Source: an uncultured Bacteroides sp.
Lineage (GTDB): Bacteria > Bacillota > Clostridia > Lachnospirales > Lachnospiraceae
Reading direction: 5' to 3'
Length of the DNA: 41,119 nucleotides
Assembly: GCA_964482605.1 (NCBI GenBank)
Contig: CAYZYS010000001.1
Span: forward strand, 1 to 41,119
Positions 30,639-40,375 of the stretch are shown here, in pieces; the first letter of the stretch is position 1, and each line of letters starts with the position of its first letter. Below the pieces are notes generated by a model. That model ran no database searches, had not been told where the DNA came from, and saw nothing but the letters and a program-made list of their open reading frames with translations. Position numbers and translations under genes: made by a program.

Positions 30639-33600
30639 TCACGAATACAGCTTTTCCACGTCAATCTTTCCGGTGTCCATGAGCCCAAGCAGTACGTCAA
30701 CCAGCTTCGGGTCAAACTGCGTCCCCCTGCCCTTCTCAAGCTCCGTGAGGACAACGGAGAAGTCCAGCTTCTTTCTGTACACCCTGTTTGCCGTCATTGC
30801 GTCAAATGCATCTGCAAGCCCTATGATTCTTGCATTAAGTGGAATCTCCTCCCCTGCAAGCCCCTTTGAGTAACCCTTTCCGTCATAGCGCTCATGGTGG
30901 TACAGCGCACCCTCCCACACATGCTCAACAATGGTGAAGTCCTTCAATATCTCCGCACCCCTCACGACATGGGATTTCATAATCTCATACTCCTCATCCG
31001 TGAGCTTGCCCGGCTTGTTGAGAACGCTGTCGGGAATGCCTATCTTGCCAATGTCATGCAGCAGTGCCGTCTTTCTCAGGTTCTCACACTCCTCGTCAGA
31101 CTGCCCAAGCTCCCTGGCAATCAGCACTGAATACTCCGCAACCCTCTGCGAATGGTGGCTTGTCCTCTCATCCTTGGCATCCACCGTCCTTGCAATGGCA
31201 AGGATTGTCTGGTTTCCCATCTCAACCTGCGTCCTTGCAAATTCCAGCTCACGCTTCTGGAAATTAAGCGTCCTCTGAATCTGGGTCCTCACGATAAACC
31301 ATGTAAGCCAGCTCACGAACAGCGCCATGACAACAATCATGTACACCGTAAACCACGCATTGTCATATATTTCCCGCACCTTCACAAGACGATAGGTTGT
31401 CTCCTGAATCACCGTCCGCTGGTCATCATCCAGCACCCCCAGGTGAAATACATACTCCCCTGACGGCACATTGGTATATACTATGCTCCCCAAATCACTT
31501 AGCTCAACAACATTGGGGGACTGTTCAAAGCCTTCAAGGTAATATGTGACATACGGGTCCTCGGTTGTGTAATTAATGACCTCCGGCACTATCTCAATCT
31601 TGCTGACATCCCTCCCTATTGTGAACACACTGCCCTCACCAACCTCATTGGAGGCCTGGTCAAGCCTTATGGAGGCAACCCTCATTATGTAGGAATCCTG
31701 GTGCCTTGAGGCATACATGGTGTCAATGCCGTACACACCCGTGTCACAGGAAATGTAAAGATATCCGTCATCGGTGCACTCATTCCACGAATTGACCGTG
31801 AGGGACGCGGTAAGCCCCATCTTGGCATCAAGCAAAGAATATTGTACATCCACGCCCGACATCAGCTCATCCCTGTCAACCACGTAAATCCCCGCACTTC
31901 CAAGCACATACAGCTTGCCATCGCCTGTCTCATGCACATCATAATTATTGAAATACGGAAAGTTATCCAAAAGCCTTGCGCTCCCGTCACCATCAATATA
32001 GCAAAGCCCATTGCTGGTTATGACAAATGTGCCGTCACCCGCGCCATCCCTGACCGTCCTCAAAATTACGTCAGAGCTTAACCCGTCTGCCCTTGTTACG
32101 GTGTCCGCCACGGCACCATCCTTGATGATGACAATTCCATCGCCATCAGTTCCCGCCATGAGGGCACCGTCCGGAAGCTCCATCAGCGTGAGCACCATTG
32201 CATTGCTAAGCCCCGTTCCGTACTGGAAGCGGTTGGTAATCTCACCATCATTAATGAAAATGATTCCATTGTCGCCTGCCGCGGCAATTGTTCCGTCCGA
32301 CATCTGGAGCACTGCCCTTGCCCTGTCGCCAAATGTGCCATTCTTGGTGTCATAGGTGGTTATGACGTCACCATCAACCTCCCACAAGCCGCTGCCGTAG
32401 GTGCATATCCACAGGCGGTTGTCAGAATCAGCCAGCATGCACCTTATCCTTATGCCTGAGAGCATTTTTGTAAGCTCATTGTCAACGGCTCTGCCGGCAC
32501 TTAGGTCAAGCACGTCAAGGCCACTATCCGTTCCCACGTACAGGCAGCCGTTCCAAAATTCGGAGGTATTCACCACCTTGCGCTCAAGCCCCAGCGCCTC
32601 ATAGTAATCAAGCACACCTGACTCGCACAGGCGCAAAAGCCCCATCCTTGATGATGCAAACCAAAGGTTTCCCTGGTAATCAACCGTCATGTTGTCAATT
32701 GAATTGTTAAACTGCCCCGTTGCCACAGCGGAATAATTCCACTCGCTGTCCATGTAGCCCACACCATTGTCGGCACACACATACGCCCCGCCCTCATTTG
32801 TAAAACATATCGAGTTAATGGACTGAAGCTCACCGCAGGTGTATGCATTTTTCTTATTGAGCCCGCCGGCGGAAATGTCATAGGCACATATGCGGTTCGT
32901 TGATGTTCCGACATACAACAGCCCGTCCTCGCCAAAGGAACAGGAATTAAACATTCCCTGTCCCTCATCCAGCCCACAGGATGCCACAACCTCCTGATTT
33001 TGCAGCAGGTACAGGATTCCGTTGGTATCAACTGCCGCAACATGGCCGCTTTTGTCGGCAGTCACGCACACGGCATAATTAACCGTCTCTATGCCCCCAA
33101 GTATGTGAAGACCGCCATCAAGCCCCACAACCTGCATGCTGCCAGTTGTCCCTATGTAATAGCTTCCGTCAGAGCACTGCACAATGCAGCGCACCGAATT
33201 GGAGGAAAGTCCGTCCTCCACCTCCATCACGTCAGTAATCTTCCCGTCCCTTGATATCGAAAAGCCATTGTCATTGGTTCCAATCCACAGCCTGTCCTCA
33301 CCGTCCACGTACAGGCAGTTCACATTTTTTATTGAAGCATATTCATCCTGAAGGCTCATCTCCCTCCCGTTGTACCTGTACAATCCTGAGTATGTGCCAA
33401 TCCAGAGAATGCCGTCCCCCGTCTGGACAACGTCATTGGCAGTACCGCAGGGCAGCCCGTTGCTGCTGTTGTATATGGTCTGGATGTAGGAAATGTAACC
33501 GTCAACGGCAAAATCCTGCTCCCCCTCCGCCGCACCTACTGGCATGCACATTGAAAATGACATGGAAATGGCGCAGGAAACCGCAAGCAGCACAGCCATC

Positions 33601-34229
33601 CCCCTTGCCACATTGCCACTGCCTGATGTGCCGGTGGATTTCCCCGCACTCCCAGCCCCGTCAGCAGGAGACTTGCCGGTTATGTTAAATTTTCTATACG
33701 CTTTCAGTAGGAAATATAATAATAAAAATGTCAAAACCTTATCAAGGAAATCAATGTAGAACTCACCGATAAAATAACAGCTCACAATCGGAAATGAGCG
33801 CTCACCAAGATAGCCAATGACACCGTCCCCCCACAGGTTATTGGTCATCCCGGCGTAAAACACCACATTAAGCGCAACCGATATCACCGTTGACACCAGT
33901 GCAACAAGCACGCTTATGGAAAGAGTCTCAAAAAACGACCTGAAAAAGCGCCTCCTTGCGAGATACCCCACACAAAGACCGATTGACAGGCTTGTCAGGG
34001 CATAGACATATGACACGGGGTTGGTAAAGCCATACAGCACGTTACCCGCCATGCCCACCATGGAACCCCACACCGGGCCAAGCACATATGCCGCCAGGGT
34101 TGTCCCCACCGCATCAAGCCATATTGGAAGACGGCAATGCACCGCCAACTGCTTCCCCCCGTAATTAACCAAAACACATCCAAGCGCCAGCAAAATCCGC
34201 TGGTACCGCCTCATCCCCGACCAGTTCAT
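30639..34229 (-). CDS. membrane signalling protein: ECF S-component-like N-terminus + beta-propeller (Reg_prop) + Y_Y_Y-like domain + HD-GYP-type phosphohydrolase
   Basis: LPIWLDAVGT..AA..LGP..G..VG (S-component-like); repeated D..G.LWIGT..GL and GLSS..V propeller repeats; YTNVPSGEYVF; HSQRV, LLHDIGKIG, HHERYDGKGYS, ADAFDAM; start chosen at MNWS after a GGGG RBS. Confidence 0.85.
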   Translation of the reverse strand: MNWSGMRRYQRILLALGCVLVNYGGKQLAVHCRLPIWLDAVGTTLAAYVLGPVWGSMVGMAGNVLYGFTNPVSYVYALTSLSIGLCVGYLARRRFFRSFFETLSISVLVALVSTVISVALNVVFYAGMTNNLWGDGVIGYLGERSFPIVSCYFIGEFYIDFLDKVLTFLLLYFLLKAYRKFNITGKSPADGAGSAGKSTGTSGSGNVARGMAVLLAVSCAISMSFSMCMPVGAAEGEQDFAVDGYISYIQTIYNSSNGLPCGTANDVVQTGDGILWIGTYSGLYRYNGREMSLQDEYASIKNVNCLYVDGEDRLWIGTNDNGFSISRDGKITDVMEVEDGLSSNSVRCIVQCSDGSYYIGTTGSMQVVGLDGGLHILGGIETVNYAVCVTADKSGHVAAVDTNGILYLLQNQEVVASCGLDEGQGMFNSCSFGEDGLLYVGTSTNRICAYDISAGGLNKKNAYTCGELQSINSICFTNEGGAYVCADNGVGYMDSEWNYSAVATGQFNNSIDNMTVDYQGNLWFASSRMGLLRLCESGVLDYYEALGLERKVVNTSEFWNGCLYVGTDSGLDVLDLSAGRAVDNELTKMLSGIRIRCMLADSDNRLWICTYGSGLWEVDGDVITTYDTKNGTFGDRARAVLQMSDGTIAAAGDNGIIFINDGEITNRFQYGTGLSNAMVLTLMELPDGALMAGTDGDGIVIIKDGAVADTVTRADGLSSDVILRTVRDGAGDGTFVITSNGLCYIDGDGSARLLDNFPYFNNYDVHETGDGKLYVLGSAGIYVVDRDELMSGVDVQYSLLDAKMGLTASLTVNSWNECTDDGYLYISCDTGVYGIDTMYASRHQDSYIMRVASIRLDQASNEVGEGSVFTIGRDVSKIEIVPEVINYTTEDPYVTYYLEGFEQSPNVVELSDLGSIVYTNVPSGEYVFHLGVLDDDQRTVIQETTYRLVKVREIYDNAWFTVYMIVVMALFVSWLTWFIVRTQIQRTLNFQKRELEFARTQVEMGNQTILAIARTVDAKDERTSHHSQRVAEYSVLIARELGQSDEECENLRKTALLHDIGKIGIPDSVLNKPGKLTDEEYEIMKSHVVRGAEILKDFTIVEHVWEGALYHHERYDGKGYSKGLAGEEIPLNARIIGLADAFDAMTANRVYRKKLDFSVVLTELEKGRGTQFDPKLVDVLLGLMDTGKIDVEKLYS

Positions 34230-34447
34230 AATCCCCCATACCCCTTGCCTGAAACCCGAACCAACATAATCTTTTTTTATTATAAAGCAAAAAATGATAT
34301 TTGTCATTGCCTTTCTACCCAGCATTTTGTGTATTTTCACTTTTGCTTGTATAATCTTAACCAATGGCTTATAATCGTGAAGGTATTGCAGGTTGGACGT
34401 AAAAAATATGTAACATTGGCAAAAATGCCTACAGAATGGAGATTGAC

Positions 34448-35005
34448 ATGTGGCAAAACATAATTGACATGGATGGTTCAATTTTACTTTGGATTCAGCA
34501 GCATGTAAGGAGGGAATGGGCAACTCCCGTGGTGAAGCTCATCACGCACCTGGGGGATGCGGGCGCCGTGTGGCTTGTGCTCACGCTTCTTTGCCTGGTG
34601 CTTGTAAAAACCAGGAAAGTCGGCATTCTCATGGCAGCTTCCACAATATTGAATTTCCTTGTGAACAATGTCTGCCTTAAGAACCTTGTGGCAAGGACAA
34701 GACCTTATGAGGTGATACCAGGACTGCAACGGATAATTGAAGCCCAGAGTGATTTTTCATTTCCATCAGGACACAGCGGAGCTTCATTTGCTGTGGCTGT
34801 GGTTATGCTTATGATGTTTCCAAAGAAAGTTGGGATTCCGGCGATGGCGCTGGCAGTGTTGATTGCGCTTTCAAGGCTTTACGTCGGTGTGCATTATCCG
34901 ACGGACGTGCTGGCAGGCGCCCTGGTTGGCACACTGGCTGCAGTCATTGTATGCGTGGCATATAAAAAAATATTCCAAAAAGAAAAGGGCATCCAGCAGA
35001 TGTGA
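34448..35005 (+). CDS. PAP2-family membrane phosphatase (undecaprenyl-PP phosphatase-like)
   Basis: KNLVARTRP, SFPSGH, SRLYVGVHYPTDV. Confidence 0.93.
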   Translation: MWQNIIDMDGSILLWIQQHVRREWATPVVKLITHLGDAGAVWLVLTLLCLVLVKTRKVGILMAASTILNFLVNNVCLKNLVARTRPYEVIPGLQRIIEAQSDFSFPSGHSGASFAVAVVMLMMFPKKVGIPAMALAVLIALSRLYVGVHYPTDVLAGALVGTLAAVIVCVAYKKIFQKEKGIQQM

Positions 35006-35028
35006 GCTGAATGCCCTTTGGCTCGTTT

Positions 35029-35592
35029 TCATTCAACTGAAAATGTAACTTCTGCGTCACCACTTCCAAGTATCTTCAACAGCTCATCTCCTGTCACATT
35101 TTCAATGGTCGCCAGCTTTGTAAAGTTCCATGAGTTTGTACCGTAGTATATCGTGATTTGATTTCCCTGATATAAAATAATATCCCCTGCGCCGACATCT
35201 ATCTGCCTGTCATTTCTTGGAAGACTCGTTCCGATGGCACCGACCTTCTCCATTCCTGCATAATCCGACATCTGCACAGTCAAAGGATTATCCATTAGCA
35301 GTTGCGCCAAGGCCTCGGCTGATGTATTGTCTTCAAAATTCGCCGTAAGAACAGTGTTGCCTACCGTGACATAAAGGTGCATGGTTTCCTCCTGTGGAAT
35401 TGTTTTATCTGCTTCGGTTCTTCCCATTGATTGTATTTGAGAAGCAGCTTCGGTTGGCACAGATTCGGTTGGCACAACCTCCGTTGGCACAGAATTTATG
35501 CTTTCTGACGAGCCATTGCCACAACCGCAGCACATTACAACCACGGCAGCGAGCAGCGCCACATATGTTCTGTTAAAATTCCGTCCACTCAT
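35029..35592 (-). CDS. lipoprotein with cyclophilin-like fold domain
   Basis: Lipobox-like VVVMCCGC, then DNTSAEAL..L...PLT..MSDYAGMEKVG, GDIILYQGNQITIYYG, NSWNFTKL. Confidence 0.8.
   Translation of the reverse strand: MSGRNFNRTYVALLAAVVVMCCGCGNGSSESINSVPTEVVPTESVPTEAASQIQSMGRTEADKTIPQEETMHLYVTVGNTVLTANFEDNTSAEALAQLLMDNPLTVQMSDYAGMEKVGAIGTSLPRNDRQIDVGAGDIILYQGNQITIYYGTNSWNFTKLATIENVTGDELLKILGSGDAEVTFSVE
35449..35493 (-). repeat. 3 x 15-bp coding repeat (xVPTE) in the lipoprotein linker
   Basis: GTTGGCACA core repeated three times at 15-bp spacing. Confidence 0.8.
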
Positions 35593-35603
35593 ATTTTATC
35601 ATC

Positions 35604-36599
35604 CTATCTTAAATACTGTGCAAAAAATTTCTCAATCTTCCCAAAAGGAATGACTTCAAGGTTATCATATAAATCGGTATGCACCGCACCTGGAATAATC
35701 ATAAGTTCCTTGTTGTCAGTGTACTTGCTTTCCTTCATCATGCTGGCGAAAGCATCCTTTGAAAAATAACATGAATGAGCCTTTTCACCATGAATCATCA
35801 GAACCGCACTGCGGATTTCATTGCTGTACCGCAAAATCGGCTGATTCATAAAGGACATACATCCAATGCTGTTCCAGCCACCGTTTGAATTTAACGACCT
35901 CGCATGGTATGCACGACCCTTGTAATATTCACTGTAATCCTTCACAAAGAATGGGGCATCCTCCGGAACAGGCAACTCCAGGCAGCCTCCGCCAAGTGAA
36001 TATTCGCCTTTTCCATATTCTTCAGTCCTAAGCAAATTCAACGCCTGCTTTTTTGCGTATCTTGCCTCCTCACTATCCTCTGCATCGAAATATCCGTTTG
36101 CGTTGACTCTTGCCATGTCATACATTGTAGATGTGACTGTCGCCTTTACCCTTGTGTCAAGGGCTGCCGCGTTCAACGCCATTCCGCCCCAGCCGCATAT
36201 GCCTATGATTCCGATTCTGTCAGCATCCACATTGTCCTGCACTGACAGAAAATCCACTGCCGCCTGAAAATCCTCCGTGTTAATGTCGGGTGAAGCCATA
36301 AATCTCGGCTGTCCCCCGCTTTCTCCCGTAAAGGATGGATCAAAGGCAATCGTCAAAAATCCCTTCTCCGCCATAGTCTGTGCATACAATCCGCTGCACT
36401 GCTCCTTTACCGCTCCAAATGGCCCGCAAACCGCAATTGCCGCCAGCCTTCCTTCAGCATTTTTCGGGATATACATGTCTGCTGCCAGAGTGATGCCGTA
36501 TCGGTTCACAAATGTTGCCTTCTTGTGGTTCACCTTGTCACTTTGAGGGAATGTCTTATCCCATTCTTCTGTTAATTTCAAATTTTCCATTTTCATCAT
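35604..36599 (-). CDS. alpha/beta hydrolase (YcjY/dienelactone-hydrolase-like, Cys nucleophile)
   Basis: GPFGAVKEQ, AFDPSFTGESGG, GICGWGG, IHGEKAHS, HTDLYD. Confidence 0.88.
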   Translation of the reverse strand: MMKMENLKLTEEWDKTFPQSDKVNHKKATFVNRYGITLAADMYIPKNAEGRLAAIAVCGPFGAVKEQCSGLYAQTMAEKGFLTIAFDPSFTGESGGQPRFMASPDINTEDFQAAVDFLSVQDNVDADRIGIIGICGWGGMALNAAALDTRVKATVTSTMYDMARVNANGYFDAEDSEEARYAKKQALNLLRTEEYGKGEYSLGGGCLELPVPEDAPFFVKDYSEYYKGRAYHARSLNSNGGWNSIGCMSFMNQPILRYSNEIRSAVLMIHGEKAHSCYFSKDAFASMMKESKYTDNKELMIIPGAVHTDLYDNLEVIPFGKIEKFFAQYLR

Positions 36600-36717
36600 T
36601 GATTTGCACCCCACACTTGAACATACCGCTAACAAGCCCTACATCGCGAATTTGGTTTTATGATACCATTCTATCAATATGCCATCCAGATAACAAATGC
36701 TTATATGTAATACCCAT

Positions 36718-36736
36718 CCATGCTTGATAAGCATGG
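36718..36736. promoter_or_regulatory. LysR-type operator palindrome in the divergent intergenic region
   Basis: CCATGCTT-GAT-AAGCATGG perfect inverted repeat containing T-N11-A. Confidence 0.6.
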
Positions 36737-36814
36737 TGTTTTTTTGATATACTGTCATCATATCACAAACAAAACCGGAAGGTTCAATTACAATATGCAA
36801 AAGTGGGGGATATC

Positions 36815-37690
36815 ATGGAACTAAGGGTGCTTCAATACTTTTTAGCCGTAACAAGAGAACAAAGCATTTCCGGAGCAGCCGAATTTCTCCATCTTTCGCA
36901 GCCAACGCTCTCACGTCAGCTAAAGGACATGGAAGATGAACTTGGCAAGCAGCTGCTCATCAGGGGAAAACGAAAAATCACCTTGACAGAGGAAGGAATG
37001 ATTCTTCGCAAACGGGCTGAGGAAATCATGGAGCTTGTAAGAAAGACAGAGAATGAAATTTCACTTTCCAATGAAGCTGTTGCGGGAGACATATATATCG
37101 GAACAGGTGAAACGGATGGTGTGCGTCTGCTTTCAAAGGCTGCAAGGGAACTGCAGAACACATACCCCGGGATTTCCTTTCACATTGCCAGTGGAGATGC
37201 ACAGACCGTTTTAGAACAGCTTGATAAGGGACTTATTGACTTTGGACTCCTTCTTGGTAAAATAGATTTATCAAAATATGACAGCATTAAATTACACCAA
37301 AAGGATATATGGGGTGTGCTGATGAGGTGTGATTCAGAGCTTGCCAAAAAGGAAGCGATAACATCCGCTGATTTATACGGAAAACCGCTGATAATCTCCC
37401 GACAGGCATACCAAAACAATGACTTTCTTGAATGGCTTGGGAAAGGCAACAAAGAGCCAAACATTGTTGCCACCTATAACCTCATTTACAATGGTTCGCT
37501 TATGGTAGATGAGGGCATGGGATATGCCATATGCCTTGATAAAATCATAAATACATCAGGTGACAGCAGCCTGTGTTTCAGGCCGCTTTATCCCAAAATG
37601 GAGCTGGAAATGCACATCGTATGGAAGAAATACCAGGTTTTCACTAAAGCATCCGAAAAATTTTTGCAAAAATTGCAGGACTTGGTATGA
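36815..37690 (+). CDS. LysR-family transcriptional regulator
   Basis: MELRVLQYF…SISGAAEFLHLSQPTLSRQLKDMEDELGKQL…LTEEG. Confidence 0.95.
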   Translation: MELRVLQYFLAVTREQSISGAAEFLHLSQPTLSRQLKDMEDELGKQLLIRGKRKITLTEEGMILRKRAEEIMELVRKTENEISLSNEAVAGDIYIGTGETDGVRLLSKAARELQNTYPGISFHIASGDAQTVLEQLDKGLIDFGLLLGKIDLSKYDSIKLHQKDIWGVLMRCDSELAKKEAITSADLYGKPLIISRQAYQNNDFLEWLGKGNKEPNIVATYNLIYNGSLMVDEGMGYAICLDKIINTSGDSSLCFRPLYPKMELEMHIVWKKYQVFTKASEKFLQKLQDLV

Positions 37691-37693
37691 CTT

Positions 37694-38563
37694 TCATGAT
37701 ATTTTGTTAATGACATCTCCAATGTCACCGTTAATGCATATGGAGCGCTTTTCAATTTCCCCAGGGCACGCAGCCTCCCCATAGTTGACGCAGGCATATA
37801 CAGCCTTGGGATTATCCATCGTCATCTGCCAAAATGGATATTTTATGATGCCAGGCGTATTGTATCCAACCCCCAGCTCCAGGTACAAAATGTGCATGTT
37901 TTTTCTTGTGCGCAGAAAATCCTCATATCGTATGGAGGCTTCATGCCACCCTTCATCCTCCACGAATGTTTCATCCGCACGGAGATTCGTGGTAAGCGGC
38001 TTTCCGCAATGTGGGCAGACCGGAATCAGGTCTGTCGGGATTTTCATGTCCCTTTGATTCTCCATCATTGCCCCAATCATGTCCCTGTTATCAAATGTCT
38101 CCTGACAGCAAGGCACACTGCATTGAAACAATCCGTAATCACCCTGTGTATAAAACAGGCGTTTTTTATCAAACCCGGCTTTCTGAAAGCAATGGTCCAC
38201 ATTTGTGGTAATGACAAAATAATCCTTTTCCCTTACCAAGCCATAAATATTCTCATAAACTGGTTTTGGTGCATCCATATACCGATTCACATAAATATAC
38301 CGGCTCCAATACGCCCATTTCTCCTCTGGTGTATCGTATGGATAAAATCCCCCGGCATACATGTCCCGAAAGCCGTATTTCCTGCTAAAATCCGAGAAAT
38401 TTCTTTCAAACCGTTCCCCATTGTACACAAATCCCGCCGACGTGGACAGCCCTGCACCTGCACCAATCACAATGGCATCCGCCGTTTCAATTTCATTTCT
38501 TAACTGTTCTATTTTATCCGCCTCACGTCCCATAGACTTCATTTTCAAAATGTCAGAAACCAT
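37694..38563 (-). CDS. Sir2-family protein, class M (SirTM-like ADP-ribosyltransferase)
   Basis: GAGAGLSTSAG, TTNVDH, TQGDY (Gln where deacetylase sirtuins have the catalytic His), CxxxC…CxxC, LELGVGYNTPGIIK. Confidence 0.82.
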   Translation of the reverse strand: MVSDILKMKSMGREADKIEQLRNEIETADAIVIGAGAGLSTSAGFVYNGERFERNFSDFSRKYGFRDMYAGGFYPYDTPEEKWAYWSRYIYVNRYMDAPKPVYENIYGLVREKDYFVITTNVDHCFQKAGFDKKRLFYTQGDYGLFQCSVPCCQETFDNRDMIGAMMENQRDMKIPTDLIPVCPHCGKPLTTNLRADETFVEDEGWHEASIRYEDFLRTRKNMHILYLELGVGYNTPGIIKYPFWQMTMDNPKAVYACVNYGEAACPGEIEKRSICINGDIGDVINKIS

Positions 38564-38585
38564 CTGCATCACCTCATTCTTCCAA

Positions 38586-39542
38586 TCACAGCCTGACAAC
38601 AATCTTTCCGTTTACACTTCCTGTTTCCTGTGCCATAACAGCTTCCCTTATTTCCCCAAACGTAAAAACCCTTCCACTAATCGGTCTCAATGATTTTTCA
38701 TTAAAAAATCCAAACATCGCATCAACCATCTCCTGCGTTGGATAATTGGAATAAAACCCTGTCAGATATACCCCGTTAGGGATGTCCTTTATCGGGTCAA
38801 ATCCATTCAGGGCATATACACCGCCAAGAATGCCTGTCTGGCAGACTATCCCGCCCTTTTTCATTATGTTGAGTGTATCCTTTAAATTGCGCGGGCCAAC
38901 CAAATCAAGTGCCTTGGTCACCCCTCGGATTGTCCCTGCAAGCACTCCGCCATCCAGAATCCCCTCATCCGCTTCCGAAAGCAGTCCCAGCTTTTCCGTC
39001 CTATGTGTCGTCGCAATTACTTTACACCCCAGTGCCTTTGCAATCTGTATTGCGGCATAGCCCAATGCACAAGTGGCGCCACGCACCAAAAGCACATCAT
39101 CCGGCTTCAAATCAAGGCACTCAAACAGTGAACCCCAGGCAGTAAAATAAGTTTCCGGCACCGCCGCAATCTCTTCCCATAAAAGGTCGCTCTCCACGGA
39201 AAACACATGATGTGCAGGAAGAAGTGCATATTCTGCGTAACTCCCGTTGAAGCTGCGTCCCATGCCACCCATCATGGCAATCACCTTCTGACCTTTTTTG
39301 AATCTGCTGTCAGAAGGGTTTGCAATCTCACCCGCACATTCAATTCCCGGAATAATCGGCTTTCTGATATAATCAGCCTTTATTTCAGACTGGCGCAAAA
39401 TCTGCTCCGAATGGTTCATCCCAAACGCCTTTATTTTCACAAGAACCCACCCTGGGCAGACCTTAGGAATTGCCACCTCCGACAATTCAATATCCTTTGC
39501 ATCAATTACCTCTTGAAGCACAACCGCCTTCATCGTTTCCAT
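38586..39542 (-). CDS. MDR-family (zinc-binding dehydrogenase / quinone oxidoreductase-like) protein
   Basis: GWVLVKIKAFGMN, PGIECAG, GSYAEY, TAWGSL, VRGATCALGYAAIQIAK, NGKIVV. Confidence 0.88.
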   Translation of the reverse strand: METMKAVVLQEVIDAKDIELSEVAIPKVCPGWVLVKIKAFGMNHSEQILRQSEIKADYIRKPIIPGIECAGEIANPSDSRFKKGQKVIAMMGGMGRSFNGSYAEYALLPAHHVFSVESDLLWEEIAAVPETYFTAWGSLFECLDLKPDDVLLVRGATCALGYAAIQIAKALGCKVIATTHRTEKLGLLSEADEGILDGGVLAGTIRGVTKALDLVGPRNLKDTLNIMKKGGIVCQTGILGGVYALNGFDPIKDIPNGVYLTGFYSNYPTQEMVDAMFGFFNEKSLRPISGRVFTFGEIREAVMAQETGSVNGKIVVRL

Positions 39543-39661
39543 GATTGCCGTCCTCCTTCGCATTAATCCCGTTACATCCTCTGTATCATCCATTATACAT
39601 GCTTTTTCCGGCACAACAAGCACGCACCTTTTTATAACCCAGTAACAAAAAGGTAACTGAT

Positions 39662-40375
39662 TTATTGTTGCCTTTTAGCTCTGGCAGCTTTCAGAACATC
39701 AGCAAGATTGTCACCATTAAGTACACCCGGATAATCCTCCTGAAATCCAACCAAAACATCTTTATTCTCCTGTTCAAGTTCCCTGCATTGCCTGTAAAAT
39801 GCATGCAAATCTTCTTTCCTGTAAACAGCCTCGATAAAGGTTCTGGAATCTTCAGGTATCTTGTCATATGAATCATATAAATTGATTACCGCCTTCTGGA
39901 TTTTTTCAAGGCTCAGCGGTTCATTCCGTTCTTCCTGCCCAATCAATACACCCACTATATCAGATAAATCATTCTTATACTGACGACCTGCCATCAGTTT
40001 CATAGCTACCAGATATTCAGCTGATACCGTTCTTATCTGCAAAATATTGGCAAAGGTCTTGTAATACTTTGAATATTCAGCCAATCTTGGCGTATATGAA
40101 TTTGTGTTAACAAAGTCGGTGTTTAACCATCCAACCGGAAGCCCCAGTCTGTCCCCAACTGTGTTAATCGCTTCTTTCATTGCTCCCGATGACTTGATAA
40201 TTGCATCCACGTCATAGGTCATTTCCCTAAAGCCATAATTGATGAGAATGGAGGCCCCTCCAATCAATATAATCTCCGCCGGCATTCTGGCACCATTCTT
40301 TTTACGAAACTCCTTTGCCAATTCCTTCAGATAGCTGTCCAGATTCTCTCTTGTGAAAGGCTTATCAGCAGACAT
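39662..40375 (-). CDS. pol-beta-superfamily nucleotidyltransferase (DUF6036/AbiEii-like)
   Basis: IILIGGAS…REMTYDVDA (GG…RxTxDxD), WLN, LVAMKLMAGR…DLSDI. Confidence 0.75.
   Translation of the reverse strand: MSADKPFTRENLDSYLKELAKEFRKKNGARMPAEIILIGGASILINYGFREMTYDVDAIIKSSGAMKEAINTVGDRLGLPVGWLNTDFVNTNSYTPRLAEYSKYYKTFANILQIRTVSAEYLVAMKLMAGRQYKNDLSDIVGVLIGQEERNEPLSLEKIQKAVINLYDSYDKIPEDSRTFIEAVYRKEDLHAFYRQCRELEQENKDVLVGFQEDYPGVLNGDNLADVLKAARAKRQQ

Noticed and set aside
34230-34523. N-terminal extension of the HD-GYP ORF to 34523
   Set aside because: Runs through an AT-rich divergent promoter region and overlaps PAP2; an RBS supports ATG 34229
37694-38563. Sir2 NADase of Thoeris/DSR/argonaute-type defence systems
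   Set aside because: The signature and Zn-binding cysteines fit class M sirtuins; no TIR, pAgo or HerA partner is adjacent
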